Source: Lentisphaerae bacterium GWF2_44_16 (GTDB lineage Bacteria > Verrucomicrobiota > Lentisphaeria > Victivallales > GWF2-45-14). Taken from it: a DNA stretch of 64,000 nt. The notes below the pieces were generated by a model. That model was given only the letters and a program-made list of their open reading frames with translations. It had not been told where the DNA came from and searched no databases. The DNA is taken from assembly GCA_001803225.1 (NCBI GenBank), contig MHBF01000093.1, forward strand, positions 3,711 through 67,710. The letters run 5' to 3'. Positions within the stretch are counted from its first letter, which is position 1. Each line of letters begins with the position of its first letter. Of this stretch, positions 18,272 to 28,716 are shown piece after piece. The translations under genes were made by a program, and so were the position numbers.

Positions 18272-20755
18272 ATGAATATGAAAAAAAATATCCCGGATAA
18301 TCACTGGGTTTTCAAAAGCGTTACGGCGGCGCTTATAATTTTTTTTGCGCTGATTTTCTTTTATCCCGTTATTTTCGAGGGAATGAGTTTTTACCCCTTT
18401 GACAGCTTATTTATTTATCCGCCCTGGATGTATCTGAAATCCTGTTTCCGTCCGCACAACATACTCATACTTGACGCGATAAATGATTTTTATCCATCGG
18501 CCCTTTTTCAGAAATCCTGCTGGACTGAGGGCATATTTCCGCTATGGAATAATTTCAGCTTAGGAGGAATGCTAGCGAGTACACACACTTACATGTCACC
18601 GATAATACTTCCGATACTCTGCCTGTTACCGGTGTCTTACGCACATGACCTGCTGCTTTTCATGCATCTTGCCGCCGCAGGGCTTTTTACATATCTGTAT
18701 CTCCGGCAGATAGGACTGGAAAACACCGCCTCTCTCTGTGGGGCCGCCGCCTGGATGTTCAACGGTTTTGTGATGACATGGTTTGAATTTGAACATATTC
18801 CGTTTATGGCGGCACTGCTCCCGGCCTCGCTGTTCTGCGTGGAAAAACATATCAGAAGCAATTCGATGATGAGCCGTCTGACACTGGCCGCGATTATCGG
18901 GTTGCTTTTCGGAATATCATTTGCCCATGTTCTCTATTATCAGCTGATTTTTACGGGCGTCTATATAATGTTCAGAGTTCTTTCCGTTGAGAAAGAAAAT
19001 TTGAGAAAGAAAATTTTCAGGCCGACGCTTAAAAAGTTTCTGAGTTTCTGCGCGGCATTCATAATCGCGTTCATAGTTTCGGCCAGTTTTTTCACATTGC
19101 ACTTCAGTCATTACCAGGAAAGACAGAGAGCCAGTTTCAACTTCAGTGAAATTTATGATAAGACCGGACAGCTCTGTCTCAAATCGCTGCTGACGATGAT
19201 TTATCCGAACTTTTACGGCACACCATGCATAAGCATGTCTTTCATTCCGACATCCGCACCGGGGAAAAATCCATATAATAATTATCATGAGCTTTGTGTT
19301 TACTGTGGAATAGCCGTCCTGCTTTTTGCCGCGTGTTCGCTTTTCCGCATCCGTGAGAAGTCATATACATTTTTTTATTTTTTTACTGCGATAACCGTAC
19401 TGGCTATGGCTATGGGAACTTTGCTCTACTATCCGTTTACGCTGCTGCCCGGCTTGAATATTTCCAGTCCTACGAGGGTACTTTATATATTCGGATTTGC
19501 CATTGCCATGCTTTCGGCGCTGGGGGCCGACGCGCTTCTCAAAAATAATTTTCATAAACGCATTTTTCCGTTTTTATGCATCTGGGTTATCGCGCTGTTT
19601 GCTCTCTCGGCGGCGCTTGCAATGCAGACTGTTCCGGGAGTGAATTTTTTTCTGAATTCAACATCATTTGCCGGGAAAGAAAACCTTTTCGAAAATATAT
19701 CGTCTTTTTATTCTTTTAAATCTCCGGTGATATTGCTTCCTCTCGCAATACTGTTTATTTCGACCCTGCTCATAACAGGCATTATTTATGTAAAAAAGGA
19801 CAGCTCCAGAAAACTTCTCATGATTATATGCGGGCTTCTGATATTTTATGATCTTATATCTTTTGGGTGGTCTTATAACTCCATTACGCCGCGTTCCTAT
19901 GAATATCCATTGATGCCGTCTTTCGAGTTGCTTCAGAAGGATATATCCAAATTCAGGGTGGCCCCGTTCGGTTATTTCATGCTGAATACTTTCATACCAT
20001 TCGGCATTGAGGAAATCGGCGGTTATTATCCGGTTTACTCCAAACGCTATGCCGAATACATACATCTTTCTCAAAATCCAGAAGTGCCCAGACCGGAAGC
20101 TTTCGGTAACAGTTTATGGTTTAATAAATTCGATTCTCCTCTTATTGACCTGATAAATACGAAGTATGTTCTTGAGCCGCTGAACCGCAGGTTTCCCGAA
20201 ACTGAAAAAATGGAACTCGTCTATCAGGGGGAGATAAAGATTTACCGGAACAGGAGCGTATTTCCCAGAATATTTTTTGTCCCTTCGTATCTTTTTTGTC
20301 CAGGCCGTGATGAGGCTTACAAAGCGCTGGGTTCATTTTCGAGAATGGATTTTCAGAAAAAAGTCATATTGGAAGATATGCCGTCTTCTGAATTCAAATT
20401 GCTTTCGAGGGAGCTTGAAAATGACTTTTACAAACAGCGCATTGAGATAAAATCATACAGGGGCAATGAAATAATTTTTTCCAGCCATACCGATAAAGAT
20501 GGGTTTGTGATTGTCGCTGATAACTATGCTGACGGATGGAGAGTGTCTGTTGACGGGAAAGAAGAAAAAATTCTGCGGGCTAATTACATAATGAGAGCTG
20601 TGCCGGTAAAAGCGGGCAGCCGCGAAATAAGAATGTATTTCCGTCCTGCTCTGATGCTGGCCGGGATATGGGTTTCGATATGTGGATGGGCAATTCTGCT
20701 TGTCTCAATATGCGCGGTTGCCGTTTACGGCTTGGTTTTGAGGATGAAAAGATAA
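18272..20755 (+). CDS. YfhO-family multi-pass membrane protein (GT-C-like)
   Basis: Many hydrophobic segments; PLWNNFSLGG; C-terminal DNYADGWRVSVDG...RANYIMRAVPVKAG. Confidence 0.85.
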   Translation: MNMKKNIPDNHWVFKSVTAALIIFFALIFFYPVIFEGMSFYPFDSLFIYPPWMYLKSCFRPHNILILDAINDFYPSALFQKSCWTEGIFPLWNNFSLGGMLASTHTYMSPIILPILCLLPVSYAHDLLLFMHLAAAGLFTYLYLRQIGLENTASLCGAAAWMFNGFVMTWFEFEHIPFMAALLPASLFCVEKHIRSNSMMSRLTLAAIIGLLFGISFAHVLYYQLIFTGVYIMFRVLSVEKENLRKKIFRPTLKKFLSFCAAFIIAFIVSASFFTLHFSHYQERQRASFNFSEIYDKTGQLCLKSLLTMIYPNFYGTPCISMSFIPTSAPGKNPYNNYHELCVYCGIAVLLFAACSLFRIREKSYTFFYFFTAITVLAMAMGTLLYYPFTLLPGLNISSPTRVLYIFGFAIAMLSALGADALLKNNFHKRIFPFLCIWVIALFALSAALAMQTVPGVNFFLNSTSFAGKENLFENISSFYSFKSPVILLPLAILFISTLLITGIIYVKKDSSRKLLMIICGLLIFYDLISFGWSYNSITPRSYEYPLMPSFELLQKDISKFRVAPFGYFMLNTFIPFGIEEIGGYYPVYSKRYAEYIHLSQNPEVPRPEAFGNSLWFNKFDSPLIDLINTKYVLEPLNRRFPETEKMELVYQGEIKIYRNRSVFPRIFFVPSYLFCPGRDEAYKALGSFSRMDFQKKVILEDMPSSEFKLLSRELENDFYKQRIEIKSYRGNEIIFSSHTDKDGFVIVADNYADGWRVSVDGKEEKILRANYIMRAVPVKAGSREIRMYFRPALMLAGIWVSICGWAILLVSICAVAVYGLVLRMKR

Positions 20756-22272
20756 CCGGGTATCATGGTATCTTTTGCTTTTCTGATATCGGTTTCCGCC
20801 ATTTTCTCAATGATAAAGCCGTTTGCCTCCGCAAGTTGCCGAATGTATATCAATGACTGCGCATAGCGTCCGGTAGGCCTCAGAACGCAATTCTCGTCTT
20901 CCGATTTTTCCACTGAAAAAACAAGGTGCGCACCGTCAGCGGACACTTTTTTAACGGCGCTGAAAATATCCTCAAGGAAACCGACATATATGAATACGTC
21001 CGCGGCTATGAAAAGGTCATATTTTTCATCAGTGGATGAAAGGAATTTTATAATATTATCGTTTATGAGGTTATCGTAAATTTTTTTGGTTTCAGCCGTA
21101 TCAATCATCTTCTTTGATATATCTATTCCGGTAAGTTTTTCAGAAAGAGAGCGGAAGGCCTCTCCTGAAAGTCCCGTCCCGCAGCCCATGTCCAGAGCAT
21201 TGTGGAATATCCTGTTTTCAGTTGAAATGCTATCCAGGAGTTTTCTCAAATCAAAGGGGACTTGATAATTAAGGCCCTCAGTAAGGTGCTTCTCAAAGTT
21301 TGCCGAATATTCGTTGAAGAGGTCCACAAGATATTTTTCAGGCGCTGTTTTAGTAGTGTCGCCTTTGAGTGAAGCGGCAAGATGTCCTGCTGAAGCGTGT
21401 GAAGGGTCGAGTTCGATAACCCGTTCAAAAAAAAGAAGGGCTTCTTCATAATTTCCAGAGTTCTGAAATAGGGAGCCTAAATTATATAAAGCATTAACGT
21501 GTTTCTGATTTATCGTAACTGTGTGCTGATACGAAAGAAAGGCTTTCTCCAATTTTCCCTGAAGTTTGAAAACGCTTCCCATATTGCAGTATGCGTCGGC
21601 ATTTTGCGGGTCGGCCGCGACAGCTTTTTCGTAGAGTTCCAACGCCTCATCCAGGCGGCCTTTCTCCCGGCATATATTGCCATAGTTGAAAAAAGCCTTT
21701 GAATGGTCGGGTTCCAGTTCGATTGTCTGGCGATAAAACGCGGCGGCTTCCTCATAAGTTCCCATTTCTGAGAGAATATTCGCCGCACTGAATAAAACCT
21801 CCGCGTCCATGGGATAGAGTTTTATTGATGATTGATAGGCCTTCAATGCTTCTTCTCTTTTCCCGGTCAGTTCGAGAACATTTCCCAGATTCTTCCATGA
21901 TTTTTCATTGTTCGGGTTTATCATCAGGGATTGACGGAAAGCGACGACGGCGCTTTCATTATCTCCCGACGCCTGGAGCGCGTTGCCAAGATTATAATAA
22001 AAATCGTCCCGTGTTTTGTTTCTGGCGATTGCGTCCCGGAACATCTTAACTGCCTTCTGGTCATTGCCTTTTTCGTAGGCGACAAGGCCGACAAGGTTGT
22101 AAAGATCTCCGTTTTCGGGATCAAACCTCAATGCTTTACTGTAAAAACGTTCTGCCTCATCAAGCTTTCCGGCCCTGTGAAGTTCCAGCCCTTTTTTCAT
22201 GTTGTTTATGAAATCGCTCAAAACATATTCTCCGTGTTTCCTTAAGATACACCGGGAAAGCAGGATTTTCAT
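20725..22272 (-). CDS. TPR-repeat protein with C-terminal SAM-dependent methyltransferase
   Basis: Multiple TPR repeats; LFNEYSANFEKHL..GLNY.VP; LDMGCGTGL; AADVFIYVG; TGRYAQS. Confidence 0.9.
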   Translation of the reverse strand: MKILLSRCILRKHGEYVLSDFINNMKKGLELHRAGKLDEAERFYSKALRFDPENGDLYNLVGLVAYEKGNDQKAVKMFRDAIARNKTRDDFYYNLGNALQASGDNESAVVAFRQSLMINPNNEKSWKNLGNVLELTGKREEALKAYQSSIKLYPMDAEVLFSAANILSEMGTYEEAAAFYRQTIELEPDHSKAFFNYGNICREKGRLDEALELYEKAVAADPQNADAYCNMGSVFKLQGKLEKAFLSYQHTVTINQKHVNALYNLGSLFQNSGNYEEALLFFERVIELDPSHASAGHLAASLKGDTTKTAPEKYLVDLFNEYSANFEKHLTEGLNYQVPFDLRKLLDSISTENRIFHNALDMGCGTGLSGEAFRSLSEKLTGIDISKKMIDTAETKKIYDNLINDNIIKFLSSTDEKYDLFIAADVFIYVGFLEDIFSAVKKVSADGAHLVFSVEKSEDENCVLRPTGRYAQSLIYIRQLAEANGFIIEKMAETDIRKAKDTMIPGYLFILKTKP

Positions 22273-23015
22273 GTTCTGAATACGGCTATATATTCCTGAT
22301 TTCCCTTGGGGCCTTTTATAGGAGAAGGGATAATATCCTTTTTAATCCATGAAAGCTCCTTTTCACAGAAAACAGAGACTTTCTCAATACATTTATCTAT
22401 AACATTTTGCTCCCTGACAACGCCGCCTTTTTCAATCTCGTTTTTACTGGCCTCAAATTGGGGTTTTATCAGTATAAAAGCCCATGCCTCTTTTTTCAGA
22501 AAGGCGCTTACCGCTGGAAGGACGGCGGTAACTGAGATGAAAGACAGGTCCATCGTGATGACATCGACTTTTTCGGGAATGAAATTTTCTTTAAGCAGTC
22601 TTGCGTTTGTCTGTTCATGGACGACAACTCTTTCATCGCTGCGGATTTTAAGATGAAGCTGTCCTCGTCCGCTGTCAACAGTATAAACCCTGCGAGTATT
22701 GTGTTGAAGCATAAGGTCAGTGAAGCCCCCGGTGGAAGCTCCGACATCCAGAGCGATGAGTCCGCTCATATCCGGGAGGTATTTGTCTATCGCGGGCAGA
22801 AGCTTGTAAGCTCCTCTGCTGACGTATTGACTGTCTTCGGCAACGATAAATTCCGTGTCGGCGGGATAGAGTTCTGAAGTTTTTCTGACGAGGTGGTCTT
22901 TCCCTATTCTAACTTTCCCCGAAAGTATCAACTTCGCGGCTTCTTCACGGGAACTGCAGGACCCGGCCCTTTCCAAAAGAATATCAGCCCGTTCTTTTTT
23001 TTCACTTTTTTTCAT
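22269..23015 (-). CDS. tlyA: TlyA-family rRNA 2'-O-methyltransferase
   Basis: S4 domain; YVSRGAYKL, LDVGASTGGFTD, DLSFIS, LIKPQFE, SPIKGPKGNQEY. Confidence 0.95.
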   Translation of the reverse strand: MKKSEKKERADILLERAGSCSSREEAAKLILSGKVRIGKDHLVRKTSELYPADTEFIVAEDSQYVSRGAYKLLPAIDKYLPDMSGLIALDVGASTGGFTDLMLQHNTRRVYTVDSGRGQLHLKIRSDERVVVHEQTNARLLKENFIPEKVDVITMDLSFISVTAVLPAVSAFLKKEAWAFILIKPQFEASKNEIEKGGVVREQNVIDKCIEKVSVFCEKELSWIKKDIIPSPIKGPKGNQEYIAVFRT

Positions 23016-24151
23016 GGGTTTTTCATCGGCAGAAACCCCACATAGACGGGTTCGCCTGCTGTGATAATTCGTCCGGTGAATTCAAGCAGTCCGGAATTCT
23101 GATCGATTTTGAATAACGCAAGATTGTCAGAAGCCTGATTTGCGACAAGACAGTAACGGCCTGTCGGATCGATATTGAAATGACGGGGAGTTTTAATATG
23201 TTCGCTCTGGAAACCCGGAGATGTGAGAGTTCCATCCTTGTTTACCGTGAAAACGGCGAGAGAGTCATGTCCCCTGTTGGAAGCATAGAGGAATTTGCCG
23301 TTCGGGTGCAGGCGGACTTCGGCGCACCATGTCGTGCCTTTGAAATCAGGAGGGCATGTTGAAATGTTCTGAACTATGGTCAAAGCCCCTGTGGAGGGAT
23401 TGCGGGATAGGACAGTAACTGTTGAATCAAGTTCGTTAATCACATATGCGGTTTTGCCATCGGGATTGAATGTCATATGGCGGGGGCCGGAAGCGTCTTT
23501 CAGGACGGCTTCCGGGGGAACTGCCGGTTTTAATTTGACGGACGCCGAATCCAAGTTGTAAATCAATATCTTATCAAGACCAAGGTCTGCCGCATAAATG
23601 TGTTTTCCATCCGGGGACGGATTTATGCTGTGAGCATGCGGGCCTGCCTGTCTGCGGGGATCGGTACCGCGTCCTTCGTGTTGTATTATGCAGGACGGTT
23701 CATGTGCCGGAATTCCATCGGCGCCTACGGGGATTAGAGCCACGCTGCCGCTGCCGTAATTGGCAGTCAGCAGATTGCGTCCGTCGGAAGTCATGATGAG
23801 ATGGCATGGGCCATTGCCGCCCGAAAGGGATTCTCCGATGAAACGCAGTTTCTTATCTTTCTGTATTTCGAAGGCCCGTATTTTGCCGGGATTGCCCCCT
23901 GCGGTCGCATAGACAAATCTGCCGTCCGGACTGAATGCCAAAAAACTAGGGTCAGGAGTTTCAGCGGCAAGTTCAGGTTCCGAAAGTGTGCCGGAGTCCG
24001 CGTCAAAAGACGCATGATAAATTCCCTTTGATGGTGAATTTTTCGTATAAGTCCCGATATAGACGTCGAAATTCTGAGCTGAAAGAGCTTGGGAAGTCAT
24101 AATAAATAAAACCGTTTTTAATAATTTTGACATGTTTAATTTTTTCGTCAA
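23012..24151 (-). CDS. pgl: Lactonase (6-phosphogluconolactonase, beta-propeller family), signal peptide
   Basis: YIGTYT, ANYGSGSV, RQAGPHAH, DLGLDKI, GPRHM, YASNRGHDS, TPRHF. Confidence 0.88.
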   Translation of the reverse strand: MTKKLNMSKLLKTVLFIMTSQALSAQNFDVYIGTYTKNSPSKGIYHASFDADSGTLSEPELAAETPDPSFLAFSPDGRFVYATAGGNPGKIRAFEIQKDKKLRFIGESLSGGNGPCHLIMTSDGRNLLTANYGSGSVALIPVGADGIPAHEPSCIIQHEGRGTDPRRQAGPHAHSINPSPDGKHIYAADLGLDKILIYNLDSASVKLKPAVPPEAVLKDASGPRHMTFNPDGKTAYVINELDSTVTVLSRNPSTGALTIVQNISTCPPDFKGTTWCAEVRLHPNGKFLYASNRGHDSLAVFTVNKDGTLTSPGFQSEHIKTPRHFNIDPTGRYCLVANQASDNLALFKIDQNSGLLEFTGRIITAGEPVYVGFLPMKNP

Positions 24152-24375
24152 TTGTTCTGATACTGATATTACTTAAGAGCTCCTTATCGCTAAAGTCAAA
24201 TAGACTGGAGAGTTGAAAAACAAGAATCTGGCTTCATTAACTTATTATAATCAACTGCTGAAACGATGGCGGAAACAATGCCCACCTGCCTGATTTTATT
24301 GCGAAAATCTCTTGATTTTAGTCATAATTCAGCTATTTTCAAAGGCATTCAGAACTTATAGAGGACGGTTTTTTT

Positions 24376-25764
24376 ATGTCGTTTGTTATTTTTAATGAAC
24401 ATGGCGAGAAGAAAAGGGTTGAGCTTTTCAAGGACAAAACCCTGAGCATAGGGAGAAGCAAAACCTGTGATATATCTTTTTCAGGAAATGAAAAAGTAAG
24501 CCGCAATCATTGTGCATTGTTTTTCAATGTCGCTAATTCCTGTTTTATGGTTAAAGACCTTAATTCTACGAACGGTACTTTCCTCAACAGCAGAAAAATC
24601 GATGGGGAAGCCATTCTCAAGGAAGGGGACAAGTTAGGCGTAGGGAACATGCTCATAACTTATCACAGCGAGGAAACTTCTGAAACCCAGAAGCTTATAA
24701 AGGTAAAGGAAGTAAAACCTTTTGCGGTGGAAAATCTTGCGGAGGCCGAACTTACTCAGACGTCGGAACTGGAAGATAAAAAACTGGAAACGCAGTTTTC
24801 CAGAATGCGCATGGGCAGTTACAACCTCCTTCAGGGTGATACCGTGCAGGGATATGAAATAATCCGTAAATTCGGAGAAGGAAATCTGGCGGCGGAATAT
24901 CTTGTGCGCGAAGAAGGGCTTGAAGACATTATAGCGCTCAAAATATTCAAAAAGGAATTTCAGGAAAAACCTGAAGCACTACTTGCCTTTGATAAAATTT
25001 TTGAAAAAATAAAGTTTTCCCATCCTTCTTTAGTGCAATACCAGAGAAAAGGCCTTTATGAAGGTTGCTGTTTTTATACTCTGGACTATATGTCCAACGG
25101 TAATTTAGGCACAAGGATTATAAACAGTGCCCCCTTCAAGGAGCTTCAGGCCCTTGAAATAACAATCGCCATCGCCATTGGACTCGGCGCTCTTTACGAA
25201 AAGAAAAAAGTAATCCATGGAAACCTGAAGCCTTCAAATATTCTTTATAATTCTGAAGACAGTATAATGATAAGTGATTACGGCTTCGCGGAATGGATGT
25301 CTGAATATCTTCTTGACGGAGCTCCCGCGATTTCTCCGTGGTATATGAGCCCGGAGTCTGTTTCAGGACACAAACTGGATTGGTCTTCTGATCTTTATTC
25401 GCTGGGAGTAATCTTTTTTCAGATGCTCACGGGCGTTCTGCCTTTACACTCTGCTAATTCTGATGAAATACTGAAAATGCACCGTGAGGAAAGCTTCCCT
25501 GCTCCCGACGAGCGCAATCCCAATGTTAAAATTTCTGAAAAAAGCATCCAGATGCTTTCGGTAATGACCAATAAGCAGTCCTCTGAAAGATATCCTTCAT
25601 GGAATTACTTTATCAAAACGGCTCAGGCCATCCTTGATGAAATGGAAAAAAAGGAAGCTGAAATCAAAAAATCCGAGGATTCTTCTCCGGATAATAAAAA
25701 TTCCGGCCCCGATTCAGGATATAAACACAAATTCAGTTTTTTTAAAGGAAAGAAAAATCTATGA
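24376..25764 (+). CDS. FHA-domain Ser/Thr kinase-like protein (probable pseudokinase)
   Basis: FHA: IGRS..CDI, VSRNHC, DLNSTNGTFLN. Kinase fold: IALK, HGNLKPSN, DYG, YMSPE, SDLYSLG. Confidence 0.88.
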   Translation: MSFVIFNEHGEKKRVELFKDKTLSIGRSKTCDISFSGNEKVSRNHCALFFNVANSCFMVKDLNSTNGTFLNSRKIDGEAILKEGDKLGVGNMLITYHSEETSETQKLIKVKEVKPFAVENLAEAELTQTSELEDKKLETQFSRMRMGSYNLLQGDTVQGYEIIRKFGEGNLAAEYLVREEGLEDIIALKIFKKEFQEKPEALLAFDKIFEKIKFSHPSLVQYQRKGLYEGCCFYTLDYMSNGNLGTRIINSAPFKELQALEITIAIAIGLGALYEKKKVIHGNLKPSNILYNSEDSIMISDYGFAEWMSEYLLDGAPAISPWYMSPESVSGHKLDWSSDLYSLGVIFFQMLTGVLPLHSANSDEILKMHREESFPAPDERNPNVKISEKSIQMLSVMTNKQSSERYPSWNYFIKTAQAILDEMEKKEAEIKKSEDSSPDNKNSGPDSGYKHKFSFFKGKKNL

Positions 25765-26456
25765 GCAAACTAAATGTTCCTCCTGAGAATCATGTGAAGG
25801 CACTTGACGGGCAGGGTTGGGTTGGACTGATAGACCATCTGGGCTCTGAAACAACTATCGTCAATGCCGCCCGGGTTTCCTTCGGCAGGCTGAAGGATAA
25901 CATGGATGAAAGAGATGTAATCCTTCTTAATTATCTTATAGAAAATAAACATACAAGCCCTCTTGAACACGTAGTTTTCACTTTCAGCGTACATTGCCCT
26001 CTTTTCGTGCGCGGACAGTGGCACAGGCACCGTACATGGTCATATAATGAAATATCGCGCAGGTATACCGAAATAGACATGGAGTTTTATACACCTCCAA
26101 AACTGAGAAAACAGGCTGAAAGCAATCGACAGGCTTCAATCTCTTCCCCTGATTTTCAGGACGGTGAACTGATTAAAAAAATAGAGGCGTTCAATAAAAA
26201 ATCTCTTGACTTTTACGAAGAGCTTCTGGCTTCAGGCGTCTGCCGCGAACAAGCCCGCGGCATTCTCCCTCAGAACATGATGGTTACTTTCTGGGGTACC
26301 GTTAATCTGGGAAATCTCCTGCATTTCCTGGAACTTCGTGACAGTGAACATGCGCAGTGGGAAATACGCGAATACGCCATTGCCATCAAAAAACTTATCA
26401 AACCTTTCATTCCGAATGTGGCAAAATATTTTCAATCGAAAGGGCAGGAATGGTGA
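25761..26456 (+). CDS. thyX: FAD-dependent thymidylate synthase
   Basis: AARVS, HTSPLEH, RHRTWSYNEISRRY, REQARGILP, LRDSEHAQWEIR. Confidence 0.97.
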   Translation: MSKLNVPPENHVKALDGQGWVGLIDHLGSETTIVNAARVSFGRLKDNMDERDVILLNYLIENKHTSPLEHVVFTFSVHCPLFVRGQWHRHRTWSYNEISRRYTEIDMEFYTPPKLRKQAESNRQASISSPDFQDGELIKKIEAFNKKSLDFYEELLASGVCREQARGILPQNMMVTFWGTVNLGNLLHFLELRDSEHAQWEIREYAIAIKKLIKPFIPNVAKYFQSKGQEW

Positions 26457-27415
26457 AGAAAAACGCGTCCTTTCCAGTAATTGCGCTCACTATGGGCGAC
26501 CCAGCCGGCATAGGTCCTGAAATAGCGGTGCGCGCCGCCAATGACCCCGAAATAAAAAAACTGTCCAGAATAATAATATACGGCTGTCCGGACATCATAG
26601 AGGAAGCCTCAAAAAAATTCTGTGAAGGTAAAATGCCTGAAATCGTCAGCACCGGCGATTTGAAATTTTCTGAAATTACCATTGGTAAAGAAGATCCCAA
26701 ATGTGGCATTTGCGCCAGAAAAGCCGTTATCAAAGCCGTCAAGGACACCCTTGCCGGGACCGTTGACGCCATCGTAACTTCCCCTGTCAATAAGGCATCA
26801 ATCAATATTGCCGGAATCCCCTTTACCGGACATACCGAACTTATCGCCGATCTCTGCAAAACAAAAAATTACGCGATGATGCAGTCCGCAGGAAAACTCA
26901 GGGTAGCCTTTGTAACCACTCATATTTCCCTAAAGGAAGTATGCTCCAATGTTACCGAAGAGCGGATTATCGAAGTCGCCGAACTCCTGTATAACGAAAT
27001 CAAATCCGAAAATATAGCTCATCCCAAGTTGGCCGCCGCCGCGCTTAATCCTCATGCCGGTGAAAACGGTTATATGGGTGATGAAGACAAAAAAACAGTC
27101 AGGCCGGCGCTGGAAAAACTTCACAAAATGGGGGTCAATATCGAAGGGCCGTTCCCGCCGGATACACTTTTCATCGAGAAGACACGCGATAAATTTGACG
27201 GCATTCTCTGCATGTACCACGATCAGGGACATATCCCTTTCAAGATGCTCGCCTTTGACAAAGGCGTCAATACAACTCTGGGACTTCCGATAATAAGGAC
27301 AAGCCCCGACCACGGCACAGCCTTTGAAATAGCATGGAAAGGCGTCGCCCATACCGGAAGTCTTTTCGAAGCCATAAGACTTGCCGCAAAAAGAGTTAAA
27401 AAAATAAAATCATGA
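26450..27415 (+). CDS. pdxA: 4-hydroxythreonine-4-phosphate dehydrogenase
   Basis: TMGDPAGIGPE, FTGHTE, LNPHAGENG, GPFPPDT, MYHDQG, IIRTSPDHGTAF. Start moved to ATG 26450. Confidence 0.93.
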   Translation: MVKKNASFPVIALTMGDPAGIGPEIAVRAANDPEIKKLSRIIIYGCPDIIEEASKKFCEGKMPEIVSTGDLKFSEITIGKEDPKCGICARKAVIKAVKDTLAGTVDAIVTSPVNKASINIAGIPFTGHTELIADLCKTKNYAMMQSAGKLRVAFVTTHISLKEVCSNVTEERIIEVAELLYNEIKSENIAHPKLAAAALNPHAGENGYMGDEDKKTVRPALEKLHKMGVNIEGPFPPDTLFIEKTRDKFDGILCMYHDQGHIPFKMLAFDKGVNTTLGLPIIRTSPDHGTAFEIAWKGVAHTGSLFEAIRLAAKRVKKIKS

Positions 27416-28716
27416 AAAAAGCGAACAGCTCGAATATTGAAAAGGATTTAAAGTACCTTACTGAAAAAATAGGCGTCCGCCTTGCGGGATCGAAAAACGA
27501 AAGGCTCGCCGCTGAATATATCGCGGAGGAATTCAGGAAAACAGGCGCTTCCGTAAAAATAGAAGAATTCCCCGTCAGCGAAAGAGCAGTTACCGAAGAA
27601 AAACTTCAGGTGAAAACAGGTGGTAAATGGAAAGAATTCCCCTGTTCGCTTTTCGGCTCATCTCCGGGAACGGACGGAAAAACTATTGAAGCGCCTCTTG
27701 TTTTTTTCGAGGCCGCCGTCGATTATCAGCGCAAAGACTTATCCTATCTCAAAGGCAAGGCTGTTCTTCATTTGGGATGTCATATAGAGAATGCCGGAAA
27801 TTACAAAAGACTGATGGACGTGAAGCCGGCTTTCCTGCTTTTTGTGGATATCCGTTATCCCGGAGTCCTCCCTCTGGCTGACGGCCTCTTTCCCGGCTAT
27901 GTCGCCGAAATGGGGGCAAAACCTACGGTGAATGTCGCCTATATGGACGCATGGAACTGGAAAAAAGAAGGCGCTTCAGCAGCGAAGCTCAAAGTAAGCG
28001 GAGGTTCCAGAAAAAGCCTTTCCACAAACGTTATAGCGGAATTTACGGGAACAGATGACGGGATTATTTTTACAGGTTCGCACCATGACACGCAGGCGGG
28101 AACGCCGGGCGCGGATGACAACGGCTCCGGTGTAGTTTACATGCTTGAGCTTGCCAGGATACTGAGCGGAAAGAAATTAAAACGCAGTGTCCGTCTGATG
28201 GCTTTCGGAGCTGAAGAACAATTGTCTGTAGGCAGTGCGGCTTATGTAAGAAAACATCGCGGTGAAATTGAAAAAAACGGCGTATTCATGTTCAATGTTG
28301 ACAGTGCCGCGTCATTGCTGGGCTGGACTGAAATCAACTTTAATGGGCCGGAAAAGCTTGAAAAAATACTGGTATCTTACTTTCAGCGGCAGGATATTTA
28401 TTTTTCCCTGACCCGCAATATAATCCCTTATACCGACCAGTTCCCTTTCGCCGTATGCGGTGTGCCGGGACTGTGGCTTTCAAGGAGAAACTGTACGGCA
28501 GGGCGTTTTTTCCATCACCGCCGCGATGAAAAGATGGACAAGGTTTCGCCGGAAATACTTTCACGTCTCGTAAACGCGGGCGCGGAATTTATTTTTGATA
28601 TTGGAAATGTTGCGAAACTGCCTTTCAAGCCCGAAATCCCATCGGAACTGAGACAGGAGATACAGAAAGGCTGGAAAGATTATTTCGGCGGCTGGAAGGG
28701 CCTGAAAATTAAATAA
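27412..28716 (+). CDS. M28-family metallopeptidase
   Basis: RLAGS..E, GSHHDT, PGADDNGSG, FGAEE, NVD, TDQFPF, HHRRDE. Confidence 0.88.
   Translation: MKKANSSNIEKDLKYLTEKIGVRLAGSKNERLAAEYIAEEFRKTGASVKIEEFPVSERAVTEEKLQVKTGGKWKEFPCSLFGSSPGTDGKTIEAPLVFFEAAVDYQRKDLSYLKGKAVLHLGCHIENAGNYKRLMDVKPAFLLFVDIRYPGVLPLADGLFPGYVAEMGAKPTVNVAYMDAWNWKKEGASAAKLKVSGGSRKSLSTNVIAEFTGTDDGIIFTGSHHDTQAGTPGADDNGSGVVYMLELARILSGKKLKRSVRLMAFGAEEQLSVGSAAYVRKHRGEIEKNGVFMFNVDSAASLLGWTEINFNGPEKLEKILVSYFQRQDIYFSLTRNIIPYTDQFPFAVCGVPGLWLSRRNCTAGRFFHHRRDEKMDKVSPEILSRLVNAGAEFIFDIGNVAKLPFKPEIPSELRQEIQKGWKDYFGGWKGLKIK

Noticed and set aside
20725-20755. Convergent 3' overlaps (YfhO/TPR-methyltransferase 31 nt; M28/phosphodiesterase 8 nt)
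   Set aside because: Short convergent overlaps are common in compact genomes; no evidence of function.
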